Positions 1 to 10,559 of a stretch of 64,000 nucleotides of DNA are shown piece after piece (the first letter of the stretch is position 1; every line of letters starts with the position of its first letter). The position numbers and the translations under genes were made by a program. Where the stretch lies: positions 4,144,783 through 4,208,782 of the forward strand of contig CM082580.2 in assembly GCA_040954595.2 (NCBI GenBank), given 5' to 3'. The notes under the pieces are model-generated. The model did not search any database and was not told the origin of the DNA. It saw nothing but the letters and a program-made list of their open reading frames with translations. Source of the stretch: Balanoglossus misakiensis. Lineage: Eukaryota; Animalia; Hemichordata.

Positions 1-196
1 CAAGTCTCTGGCATTTCCTTTGGTACACAGTGTAATGATTCCGTGTCAAACCTTATAAAAACCCAATCAATTACTAAATTTTAAAACGCGAATATTGCTG
101 ATAAAATATCCCTATCTATATAAACATAGTCCTCTTGCATAAATTTACCCATTAGGCACATTAGGACTATTTACCAAGAATGTGTTTCTTTTGTAG

Positions 197-1015
197 ACAA
201 TCTTTCCAACGCTCCATTCCGCAGTGCCCAGCCGCTCCGATTTGAGCGAGATCCACCATCAAAGAAAACACCAAATGGAACTCGGTTGCAAATATTTAAT
301 GAGCGAGAAGAAAACAGAACAAAGCCCAAACCCGCATGGAAAAGTAATCATAATTGACGATAAGTATAACATTGTGTTCTGCGCCATTGCGAAGGTTGGC
401 ACAAGCCAATGGAAATATATGTTTTTGAAACTTGCCGGAACTTGGAATCCAAACAAAGGAATACATATGCAAAAATTCAGAAGACTCAAAAGTTATACGC
501 CGAGATACAAAAACTACACCAAGATCATGTTTGTACGACATCCATTTGAACGGCTGCTGTCCGCTTTCTTGGATAAATTTATAGAAAAGCCAGCAGCCAT
601 TTTCCTAAAGAGGTATGGGGAGGCCATACGACACGTCCCTAACCAGAACGGATCTTTCGACGATAGTCTAACCTTCGACAAATTTGTTACTTTTTTACTG
701 AAAACAAAACCTGACGACATCCACTGGAATTCATATGTAGAATCGTGTGATCCTTGCAAAATAAGCTATGATTATAATGGAAAATTCGACAGTCTTTATG
801 TCGATGCTCAATACATTTTCAATGCAACAAATGTCACCTTCGAGACTAGCGACGCTGCTCGAGGCCACGCGACGAATAGTTCGCACAAAATCGAGAGGTT
901 CTATAGCCTATTGAGCAAGCAACAGGTGCTTGGGCTGTATGAGATGTTTTACGCGGACTTTATACTGTTCGGGTATCCATATCCACGTTTTTATCTGGAT
1001 TTGGCTACAGGCTGA
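197..1015 (+). CDS. Carbohydrate sulfotransferase (Sulfotransfer_2 family, CHST11-like), terminal catalytic exon; upstream exon(s) with the TM anchor lie outside the window
   Basis: Acceptor tttcttttgtag ends at 196, in frame with the 224..1015 ORF. 5'-PSB-like motif FCAIAKVGTSQWK, 3'-PB motif FVRHPFERLLSAF, HW...CDPC...YD..GK, and C-terminal LYEMFYADFILFGYPYP are typical of CHST8-14. Confidence 0.9.
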   Translation, partial: TIFPTLHSAVPSRSDLSEIHHQRKHQMELGCKYLMSEKKTEQSPNPHGKVIIIDDKYNIVFCAIAKVGTSQWKYMFLKLAGTWNPNKGIHMQKFRRLKSYTPRYKNYTKIMFVRHPFERLLSAFLDKFIEKPAAIFLKRYGEAIRHVPNQNGSFDDSLTFDKFVTFLLKTKPDDIHWNSYVESCDPCKISYDYNGKFDSLYVDAQYIFNATNVTFETSDAARGHATNSSHKIERFYSLLSKQQVLGLYEMFYADFILFGYPYPRFYLDLATG

Positions 1016-1267
1016 ACATTCACGTTGTTATAGAAGTGGACTATTACGGACACTAAATATGCTGTAAAGGGTAATGTATCAACTGACTTATAAGGGGAGT
1101 TCTGCTTTTCGCCTTTTCTTCTGATGTATCTTGGTGAAAGTCGAAAAATATGGATAACGAACATGGTTTTGTGTCTTAGGTGTTTTAACTGTTATAAACA
1201 TTATACTAAGAATGTGTTGACATTAGTGTGAATTGGGTTAAAGCACTAGCGCATATGAAGACTATGA

Positions 1268-1628
1268 TTATATTTTTTGCCTGACTGCATAATCGGTTTC
1301 CAAAACTGTCTCTAGATCTAACCATTCGTACGCCCGATCGCTGCTTTCACCAAAGTTTGTGTTGTCGGGTATCGATTCGTACGCTGCACTGTCGGCCAAT
1401 CCTTGATCAACATCACCATTATCACCATTTGCATGAGAAGTGGGGTCCGTTAATTCGTGGGTATCATTTTGAACCACGCCACGGCCTCTACCTCTTGCCA
1501 CATCATTAATTTCTTCGTAGGCCTCATCGTTTTCTTCGGCAGGTCCTGCACCAGTTGACTCGTGCGCAGTATGACCTGATGTGGGGTCTGCGTATATATA
1601 CATGGAATCCCGTTTTAACGTTGATCTC
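1268..1628 (-). CDS. Receptor exon 13: acidic cytoplasmic tail with Tyr motifs (YADP, YEEI, YESI, YEWL, YAV)
   Basis: ttttttgtattgctgcag acceptor; frame matches the 1268..1642 ORF. Confidence 0.85.
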
Positions 1629-4600
1629 CTGCAGCAATACAAAAAAGGTACGAAGACATCTTAGGCAATACCATTACATCTAATTCAAACACATATTATT
1701 TGCCTTGATAAATGCCGGGCCTATTATCCAAAACAGTTTGACATATTTGCCTTTTTTCAGTCGCATTCTTCTCCCAATTAAACGCCAGGCATATACTGAG
1801 TAATATTAAGACGAAAACTACTAAAGCGTACCTTCTGAAAATGACAACCGTTGTTACTACGCCAAAAAGGATCACCACCACAACTGCAGCAACCATACCT
1901 GCTATCGCACCTACAGGAAATATTTGCAATCCATTCACTTATCTTGGTTTTGCTCATTTGAATAAAAATGCTAATGATTTACCTTACTTTACTTTGGGTT
2001 AATTGGTAGTGACATAAACATTATTGGCGGTCATTTGAGTGTAATTCAAATATTCCCATCATATTCATACCGAAAACTGAGAAGACAGAGCAGGATTGTA
2101 GTTCTCTGTAACAACATCCACGACCACTGACTCGTGTCAAATAAAATAACCATATCAAGAAAGGTTTCTGAAATTCCTGTCTGTTTATAAATGAAACTGA
2201 AAACTTCACATACCAATTCCAAAGGAACCTGCCTTGGTCGCTTTCGTTCTTGGTGTCGCTGTAGATGGAGCAACACGACAATATGATGTAACTTATGAAG
2301 GAGAAATGGGGTGGTAATTCAACGTCATTTCCGGCAGAGTGTTGAGGCATGGCGTATCAAATACATTGGGCGAAACTGGTATAATTACTATCCTCTATCT
2401 CATCATTAAATGTGAGTTAAACTTACTTGTTGTAAAGGTTGTGTATAGTTCCGTTTGTACTGTTGATTTGTCACCAGCTGCGAGGCACAACGAATATGTA
2501 AATTATTTTAACTTTTACACCACTTTACGAAATTTCATTATCGTCATCGCCGTGATAGAAGTGGTTATAAACACAATCGTCAAGATGAATGAATTTAATT
2601 AAACAGTTTACCACTGTGACAATTGTAATAATAACACATATGGACAGATTTGCATAACATTTTATATTAGGTTAATACACTTTGCACTCAGTTTATAATG
2701 CTAATGGTTTAATCCCCACATGAAAAGTAACAAACCATCGGTTATATATGTCGAATGAATAATATACATCTTGCTAACTTCCAAATATTTTGATCTCTAT
2801 AAGTCAAGGTACGATAACACCTCGACGATGTTTTGATGATACATGCAGATAGTTACATGATTTGATTAAAATTATTGTATTTAAATCACAATGAACTTCC
2901 AGGGATATTGACTAGATTTCCCCCAATTTTTGCTAAAGGCCCGCAATTGCACGGCTAAATTCCAAAAGCAAAATCATTAATTCGTTAATTGTTTTATAAG
3001 CAGTAAGGCAACAGTCATTTATAATGATAATCATCAATAGAATGGGTACAGATAAAATCTAGTAAAAGGATCACTTACTTTCGCATAGCGGTAGCGTGTT
3101 GTTCCATTTCCCATCTCTTTGACATTCTATACTGCGATGAGAAGTTATCAACTCGTGACCTGGCTTACAAGTGATAGTTATAACATCTCCAAGGAAATAT
3201 GGACATGAACCATCATAGTAAAATCGTTGATCGGTGATATTCGGAGGGCTTTTGCAGTGTGGGTGAAGTTCTAAGTGTCAAAAATACAAAAATTGATTAG
3301 TGTATGTATTCAAAATGAAACAAAGAAGTTATGCAATATTGTTTTGCTGATTAAGTTATCCACGGTATAAATTCGATGAATTCGAAGCCACGGAAAGGCC
3401 TCACGTAATAAACTTTTTCAGCAGCACACTTCTAGGCCTAAACCAATTCATCTGAATATTGAAAGAATTATACGCTACTGTAATAATGACAAGTTCCTAA
3501 ATCAGCGAGACCCAAAATAAATGAGGGGATATTAAAATATTATTTACCTCTGACTTCAATAGCGAACATTCCTTTATTCATATCAATCCGCGATTGGGAT
3601 GTAAAGGTGACGCTTACTTCATTCGAACACGAATTTGCCGTTGAATTAACAATGTCCACACTCCGCCGTTCCGCATGTAGATTTTCGGAAATGTGCAGAC
3701 TGTCGTTTTCACCAACTACGTCATATACGACGAATTGAAGTTGTATTGTCCTGTTTGAGGACACCCGTATAGTCCACAAACAAGTTTGGTTTAAGGGATA
3801 ATAGCCCGGAAATCCTGGCGAGTAGATGGTTCCAGTTCCGTAAATAATACCTCCACATGCACCCATGGACACTGAGGACATACCAGAAAGAGCATATACA
3901 CGATGCCTCAGTTAACACAGTTTGGCTTGTCCACACACACACACACACATACATACCCCCCACACACACACGCACACAGTCACACACACGCACACATACA
4001 CACATCCATACAACACACACATACATACATTCACACACACACATACACACAACACACACATACATACACACAGAGAGACACACACACACATACATACATA
4101 CAACACACACACATACACACATATTGTATGTACATTTGTGTACATTGTATCTCAAATCAATACCTGGTTGCCGCTCTTCGTGTCGTGTTTGGTCATTTTA
4201 TTTATTCGTTGTCGGTCATGCCATATATGAGACGAGACATGGCATAAATTGCATAACGACTTATAGATCATCACCATATCTTAACGGGAAAAAAGTTTAA
4301 TGTATCACTGCTTACAAGTCAAACGAACTTCCCTATCGTAAGCAGATCGATGTCTTATTAAACTGACACAATACAGAAAGACAACAAAATTGAGACGTTC
4401 AGATAATTATACCTACCGTTATAGGCACTATGGAATGAATTAATACCACCACACACTTGTGTTATGTCGCCAGAGCATCTGACGTCACATAGGCCAAATC
4501 TATCCAATGTTCGCCGATAGGTTTCTAGGTCATTTTGAGTTATACAGTAACACTCGTTTCCTTTGCCTAAACCGACGAACTTTGCAGATAAATGGTTCAA

Positions 4601-7600
4601 ACGACAATGTTCCAAGCAGAACTGAATTGTCATGTCTCCACTTGTACGGTCTGGGTCCCTCTGATCCCTGGACGCATCAAAGCAACCCATGTAGCCATCA
4701 TCTTCATTGATACAGAAAAAACACCCACAATTAAATCTGTAGACTATAGTTGATACATGGTACGAAAACTGTCTAAAATGGCAAAAAGTGCCAACTATTG
4801 TGCTCAGAGTGATTATACAACAATTGATGTCCGTATCATCTGTTGACTCGAAAGCAATGGCGATTCTCGTTCGTAACGCTTAGATCCCAAGTGTTATTTT
4901 ACACGAAAAGCTTAGCACAAATATTGCAATCATATTTCTTTACGAGAGAACAATAATTACTTACAATTGCACTTCACTGTAACGCCATCAGTATCACTGG
5001 GAAAATCACAAATATACAAACAGTCTAATAGTGAAAGGACGAATCTTCTGTAACAGCCGATGTTACAAACTCGTGGTCTTGAATCTCTTACAAGTGCATC
5101 GGTCTGAGACCCATGCCACATTGCACCAGGTAATCCTACGATTATTAATTGGCATAGCAAATCAAAATGAGAAGAAAAAAATCACATTTTTATTAGATAC
5201 TTTGTTAGTACACAGTTTATCGCATCATTGGGGGACCCTGAGTGAATCTCTGTTCATGTTTTCTTTTAAAAATTGCAGTTTCGCTATTATCACAGGATGG
5301 CAAAGTCAAATTGATTCTCGATATCATCTATAGACCTAATATCGCTGCCGGTATTTTATGAATTGTATGATTTCTGTAGGTTTCCATCTGGACTATACGT
5401 ACACAATTGTATGTTGGTACTGTAAAATTGTTTTTTTTAAAGCTTTAAGAATAAAGTTGGTAAGGCTTCTTTGGATAAAAGTAAAAAAATTCAAATTAAA
5501 TATTACACACGTCTGGAATAATGAAGTATAAATCCTATCTTACCAAGGTCATCGCAAACAAGTGCTGCTTTATAATAATACCAGTTCCCTTCAAGCAAAA
5601 CTGGCAGCCATTTATTATGAATTTTGCTGAATACTTCAACAAGCCCTTCATATGGTGTTGCTCCATTGGTCAGTTTAAAATTTGTAAATTCTGAAAAAAA
5701 AGAATGTTTTATCTCACCGGGAATAATAGAATCTCACACTCCCAAGGACCTGGGATCGTATTTCTCACACGAGTTGGGGATTTTTTGTCCCGCACGAGAC
5801 GCAGGCGAGTGTGGGACAAAATATCCCCGACGAGTGTGAGAAATACGATCCCAGGTCCTTGGTGTTTAAGATTCTTTTTCTCACACAACCAGAAATTTGC
5901 GATATTAACGTTTATTTACAATAAAAGAACTAAATCTATAAAATACCAACTGATAACTGCATGACCGGTCATATATTGACCCGCCCCACAAAACATAGTC
6001 CCCATTTCATCACGAGTTTACAATACACACATGCTACAAAAATGTGCCCAACATATTAAAATATGGAGATTGTTTCCAGTGGCATAAATTCGCGCGATAT
6101 CTAGAAAATACAACCGTTTTTTTTAGTCTGTCGCCAACCACGTACACCACTGTCGTCTGCACATGACCTGATCACATTGTAGTTCCGGTTCGTGTACAAC
6201 ACATCACACAATTGGATAATATTTGCTCGTTCTGAGGGGTATGACTATCATTATCCAATCAGAGCTCGTGTCAGAAAACAGTTGTCTGTGTGCGCATTAA
6301 CACAGAGTGTGGGATCAATTTGATCCCACACTCTCTATCCCACACTCCCAGCGGCCAGGAGTGTGAGAAATCAATGTTCCTTTCAATCAGGCAAGTTTGG
6401 AAACACAAATAAGTATACTGATTTGTTTCTTTTTGTAATTTAGATATTTTTTGTGTAATGGTTTAACCACGGTAATCTCCTTAGATTTTAGCCAAATTAT
6501 GTAAAAGCTAATACGAATTTACAATATTCTCATAGAGTAGTCTGTAAAAATGCAGAAACGTAAACGAAGATAATACAAAATGCTTACTGACTGTTTAACG
6601 CACTTTACATGTGTCAGGTGTCCGATATTTTCAAGTCCAAATATTTTGCACTGGAACTCACTACTTTTATATAACTGAAAAAACAACAACTTACGTGTCC
6701 GGTTGTCACGGACACCACAGTCAGCACAGTCAGATCCATAGTCACATTCACTGCTGTATGCCCCAGGTCCACCATCATCACAAATATTGTCGTTAGCATA
6801 ATTACATGTATTTGTGCAAAACCCTTCAGGATTTAGAAAATGGTAGACATGGACGATTTCAAATAAGAAAAATAACGATTTATATCTTTGAATGAGTGGA
6901 TAAAGGGCCACACGCTCACAATCAGCGTTAATTTATGAGAAAGGGCGAGAGACAAGTCGAACAGTTACCGGCGAGTTACGAAGCGAAGGTGAGCGCAATT
7001 TGGTTCGTGGCCCCGAGGCATACGTAGCCGCTTGTGGTCACCGCGTAGCTCTTTACTCTTATCATAATATTCACAAAATCAAAACCAAACAAAATCCGTA
7101 TTTATGATGAAAATTTTGCGTGGGGTATTGGTTTGACCTAAAAGATTTATAAGTTATTGTGACATACAAACATTGTAAAAGTCAGCTGTCAATGGAATAC
7201 TATTTACTTATAACGCGAACTTTTGAACGCGATAAATTCGAATATGAAAGGAAGTTCGGTTTGCGAGGTAAAACAATGTAGCAGTTTAACATTTGTTGAT
7301 TCTGAAAAAAAGAATGTTTTATCTCACCGGGAAATCAATGTTCCTTTCAACCAGGCAAGTTTGGAAACACAAATAAGTGTACTGATTTGTTTCTTTTTGT
7401 AATTTAGATATTTTTTGTGTAATGGTTTAACCACGGTAATCTCCTTAGATTTTAGCCAAATTATGTAAAATCTAATACGATTTTACAATATTCTCATAGA
7501 GTAGTCTGTAAAAATGCATGAACGTAAACGAAGATAGTACAAAATGCTTACTGACTGTTTAACGCACTTTACATGTGTCAGGTGTCCGATATTTTCAAGT

Positions 7601-10415
7601 CCAAATATTTTGCACTGGAACTCACTACTTTTATATAACTGAAAAAAACAACAACTTACGTGTCCGGACACCACAGTCAGCACAGTCAGATCCATAGTCA
7701 CAGTAACTGTAGTCTGCCCCACGTCCACCATCATCACAAATATTGTCGTTAGCATCCTTACATGTATTTGTGCAAAGCCCTTCAGGATTTAGAAAATGGT
7801 AGACATGGACGATTTCAAATAAGAAAAATAACGAACATATATCTTTGAATGAGAGGATAAAGGGCCACACGCTAACTATCGGCGTTATAATAATTTATGA
7901 GAAAGGGCGAGAGACAAGTCGAACAGTTACCGGCGAGTTACGAAGCGAAGGTGAGCGCAATTTGGTTCGTGGCCCCGATAGACTACGAGGCATATACGTA
8001 TAGCCGCTTGTGGTCACCGCGTAGCTCTTTACTCTTATCATAATATTCACAAAATCAAAACCAAACAAAATCCTTATTTATGATGAAAATTTTGCGTGGG
8101 GTATTGGTTTGACCTGAAAGATTGATAAGTTATTGTGACATACAAACATTGTAAAAGTCAGCTGTCAATGGAATACTATTTACTTATAACACGAACTTTT
8201 GAACGCGATAAATTCGAATATGAAAGGAAGTTTCGTTTTCGAGGTAAAACAATGTAGCAGGCAGTATAATTCCAGAGTCGGAGGTTAAACGTTCGCATAG
8301 TACAACAAAGGTTATCATCACATTTAACTTAATTCAATTATTTTTCTCAAATGGCACAATTTTGACATTAGCAAATTAAGATATATTAATTGTCAATATC
8401 GGTGTATTAGCATTTGAATGCCACTTGGATTTTCTTTTTAAATTATCAGAAATCTAACCAGCTTTCTTAATCAACACGATGTATTCATCATTGGAGGAAA
8501 ACTGACCAATATTTTTTGTTGATCATTGCCCACACATTACCAGTTATACATAACATATATAATATATAGGAGGAGCCGAATTAAAGAATTGCATATTTGA
8601 TCAGGGTTATTTTGAATGTGCTCAGTTGATGTGAAACATAAATTGAACTATAAAATGTAATAAAAAAGGTCATAATTAAGAATTGTAAATCATGCATTTC
8701 AGTTTCATTCGATAACAATACCCCTTTAACCGTTTTGTAATCACAGAATTGTAATCTGTTCAAACTCTGTCCTGTTGGATCACGTAGTAAGAATGATGAT
8801 GATCGTGTTTTGTTAGTGTTGCAGCTATACTATTCTTTGGAATAATCACCAGTCACCAAATATATTTGTTTTTAAATCAAATGTGAAAATTCTACTCAAA
8901 AGCTGAGCAGTCGATCGTACCGGCGTATTGAACAGACGATGATATAGCATTACAAATCGTAACAAACTTACCTGTTGTTGTTGTTGTTGGTATGTCACGG
9001 TTTCCACAATCAAAACAGTCAGATCCATAGTTACATCCACTGTAGTCTGCCCCAGGCCCCCCATCATCACAGTCACCATCATTACTATACTTGCATGTAT
9101 TTCCGCATATATATTCTTGAAGAAAATATGCTTGCATGTAAATATGTGAATCAAATACCCTACTTTATCATGATAATGTCATTTTGAAAACGCATTAGGA
9201 TTGACACTGAAATGATGAGCCTTCTTGCTCGCCAAACATGAGTATATGTGATGACATGATGTCGCGGGCTAAATTTCCAGTCAAACCTGTGAAGTACAAC
9301 CCCCATTGTCAGCTGAAGCCGGCGGTAGGAGAATTATCGAATGTCCTTATTAAGATTATTGATGATGATTTTCACATGTGATATAGACACGGAGTTTGTA
9401 GGCACGCTGATAGTCGCATACTCGTAAAGTATACTAGGCTAGTATACCGTTAGGCTAGAACAGGTCACACACATATTTGTGATGCTTGAAATCACAGAAG
9501 TTGAAAACGTCAAATTCGTTAGGAGCCTATTTATCACTTTTGAAAAAGCAGAGGTTAAAATAGCCAGACACCGAACTGAATATTTAAATTAGTGTTCTAG
9601 GGCATGTCCGCTTGGACGAGATCTGGTGAAATTTAGTTTTTGAAGCTAAAATAAAATGTGTACGGCACAAGTCGCGCACTAAGGACATGTCATTCTGATG
9701 AATAATGACCCTTGTCTGACGAAATAGTGAGAGTCGGTTGTCCGGCACCGGACGCTGTGCATTAACTGCATTTGTGGGTAGGCGAACTTTGGACTTCATC
9801 CAGCGCACCCCACAGTGCCCTTTGTGTTCCTATGAGATTTTCTTTCACATTATGCCCTAAGCAAAATTTGGACATTCTCTCTTATATTGTGAATAAAAAT
9901 TGGGGTCGACATGCAAATTGAGAATGGGAGAACAGAATTATTACAAATGTTAAACTCAAAATGGCCGCAAACCACTTTGTTACATAAAGCCGTATGGAGA
10001 TAATATAGTTTGGTGATTTTTAAAAACGGAGGCGGTGAACACCCTTTTTTCTTTGCTTTCAAACGACTCCTCCCACACATTTAAGACAAAGAATTGTAAG
10101 GTTTGGAGGATTATGATTTTTTTTCTGAAAATAATACTATCTAAATTACTTAATGCTATTGCAATGGCGTCGACTTGAGTGGAAGAGGTTACAGTTGACC
10201 TTGATTGAGATGCTTAAGTTGGTTCTATGTACATTGTCGGGGGTAAGGAATATATTAAACCATGTAAATGGATATTATACGGTTTCGCTGCTCAAAATTT
10301 AGCAGAATCTTTGTAAGCTTAGTAGCTAGTTGCTAAGCCAAACATTCTTACCTGTGCCTGCTGCGATATATACGAAACCGGTTACTTGTATGGTAAGGAA
10401 TGTCAACAGATACAT
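1268..10415 (-). CDS. Type I transmembrane mosaic receptor, ~703 aa, 13 exons: SP - 3x CDDGG Cys-rich module - SRCR - WSC - CUB - Sushi - S/T stalk - TM - Tyr-rich tail
   Basis: Exons 10415-10352, 9115-8972, 7779-7660, 6823-6695, 5690-5544, 5135-4965, 4701-4417, 3871-3548, 3270-3079, 2477-2427, 2258-2214, 1910-1832 and 1628-1268. All introns are GT-AG; all are phase 1 except the last (phase 2). Summed length 2112 nt with no internal stop. Confidence 0.85.
1832..1910 (-). CDS. Receptor exon 12: transmembrane helix
   Basis: GAIAGMVAAVVVVILFGVVTTVVIF followed by an RRR stop-transfer spanning the phase-2 junction. Confidence 0.85.
2214..2258 (-). CDS. Receptor exon 11: juxtamembrane stalk
   Basis: catctacag acceptor, TPRTKATKAGSFGI, gtatgt donor; 45 nt. 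Confidence 0.6.
2427..2477 (-). CDS. Receptor exon 10: Thr-rich stalk
   Basis: cctcgcag acceptor, GDKSTVQTELYTTFTT, gtaagt donor; 51 nt. Confidence 0.6.
3079..3270 (-). CDS. Receptor exon 9: Sushi/CCP domain
   Basis: CKSPPNI...YFLGDVITITCKPGHEL...IECQRDGKWNNTLPLC; 192 nt, phase 1-1. Not in the ORF track. Confidence 0.85.
3548..3871 (-). CDS. Receptor exon 8: CUB domain
   Basis: CGG..YGTGTIYSPGFPGYYPLNQTCLWTIRV...IQLQF...VSVTFTS...GMF. Confidence 0.9.
3932..4122. repeat. Degenerate (CA)n/(CATA)n microsatellite in the CUB-WSC intron
   Basis: About 190 bp of CA/CATA repeats; source of the HT- and CV-rich spurious ORFs. Confidence 0.95.
4417..4701 (-). CDS. Receptor exon 7: WSC domain
   Basis: YMGCFD...MTIQFCLEHC...FVGLGKGNECYC...CDVRCSGDITQVCGG...AY, the canonical WSC cysteine pattern. 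Confidence 0.9.
4965..5135 (-). CDS. Receptor exon 6: SRCR domain, C-terminal half
   Basis: LPGA...NIGC...SLLDC..C...DGVTVKCN; 171 nt, phase 1-1. Confidence 0.75.
5544..5690 (-). CDS. Receptor exon 5: SRCR domain, N-terminal half (divergent)
   Basis: FKLTNGATPYEGLVEVF...W...NW...AALVCDDLG matches the SRCR pattern LxxG...EGxVEV...W...A.V.C..LG; tttttttcag acceptor. Confidence 0.8.
5724..6369. mobile_element. ~646-bp non-autonomous element with a subterminal hairpin, Crypton-like
   Basis: Absent from the paralogous site at 7321-7340. Perfect 29-bp inverted arms at 5742-5770 and 5834-5862. No TIRs; only GAA is shared at the two junctions. Family call is inference. Confidence 0.7.
6695..6823 (-). 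CDS. Receptor exon 4: CDDGG module 3
   Basis: FCTNTCNYANDNICDDGGPGAYSSECDYGSDCADCGVRDNRT; 129 nt, phase 1-1. Confidence 0.8.
7660..7779 (-). CDS. Receptor exon 3: CDDGG module 2
   Basis: LCTNTCKDANDNICDDGGRGADYSYCDYGSDCADCGVRT; 120 nt, phase 1-1. Confidence 0.8.
8972..9115 (-). CDS. Receptor exon 2: CDDGG Cys-rich module 1 plus PTTTTT linker
   Basis: YICGNTCKYSNDGDCDDGGPGADYSGCNYGSDCFDCGNRD; ttcttcaag acceptor, gtaag donor, 144 nt, phase 1-1. Confidence 0.85.
10352..10415 (-). CDS. Receptor exon 1: signal peptide MYLLTFLTIQVTGFVYIAAGT
   Basis: ATG at 10415, hydrophobic 21-mer ending in small residues, phase-1 donor G|gtaag. Confidence 0.75.
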
Positions 10416-10472
10416 TCTTGTCAATTCTTTTCTTCTTGCGAAGTCCACGTACGTTTGGGATACCAAGTCACC

Positions 10473-10559
10473 TAGTCTGGTTCCCTGCCCCAATCCCACC
10501 GCTGGCTGCGCTTTAGCGTAGCGCAGCCAGCGGTGGGATTGGGGCAGGGAACCAGACTA
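10473..10559. mobile_element. 87-bp foldback MITE (TAGT...ACTA) with 10-bp TSD, AcademH-like
   Basis: Perfect 40-bp arms (10473-10512 and 10520-10559) around a 7-nt loop; CCAAGTCACC flanks both sides (10463-10472 and 10560-10569). Confidence 0.85.

Larger units (their letters stand above)
5671..8260. repeat. Tandem duplication of a ~970-bp unit containing a CDDGG exon (copy A 5671-7284, including a later insertion; copy B 7282-8260)
   Basis: 6367-7284 aligns with 7331-8260, and 5671-5723 aligns with 7282-7333; 3-bp CAG microhomology at the junction. Confidence 0.9.

Noticed and set aside
3721-4300. Five overlapping ORFs rich in His-Thr or Cys-Val
   Set aside because: They are translations of the (CA)n microsatellite in an intron.
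5671-8260. Tandem duplication as an assembly artefact of two haplotypes
   Set aside because: The junction has a defined CAG microhomology inside an exon and only a ~1-kb unit is repeated. Real duplication is more likely, though long reads should confirm it.
6519-9187. Alternative-frame and antisense ORFs over the CDDGG exons (e.g. MLTTIFVMMVD...)
   Set aside because: Shadow frames; only the Cys-rich frame is bounded by phase-consistent splice sites.
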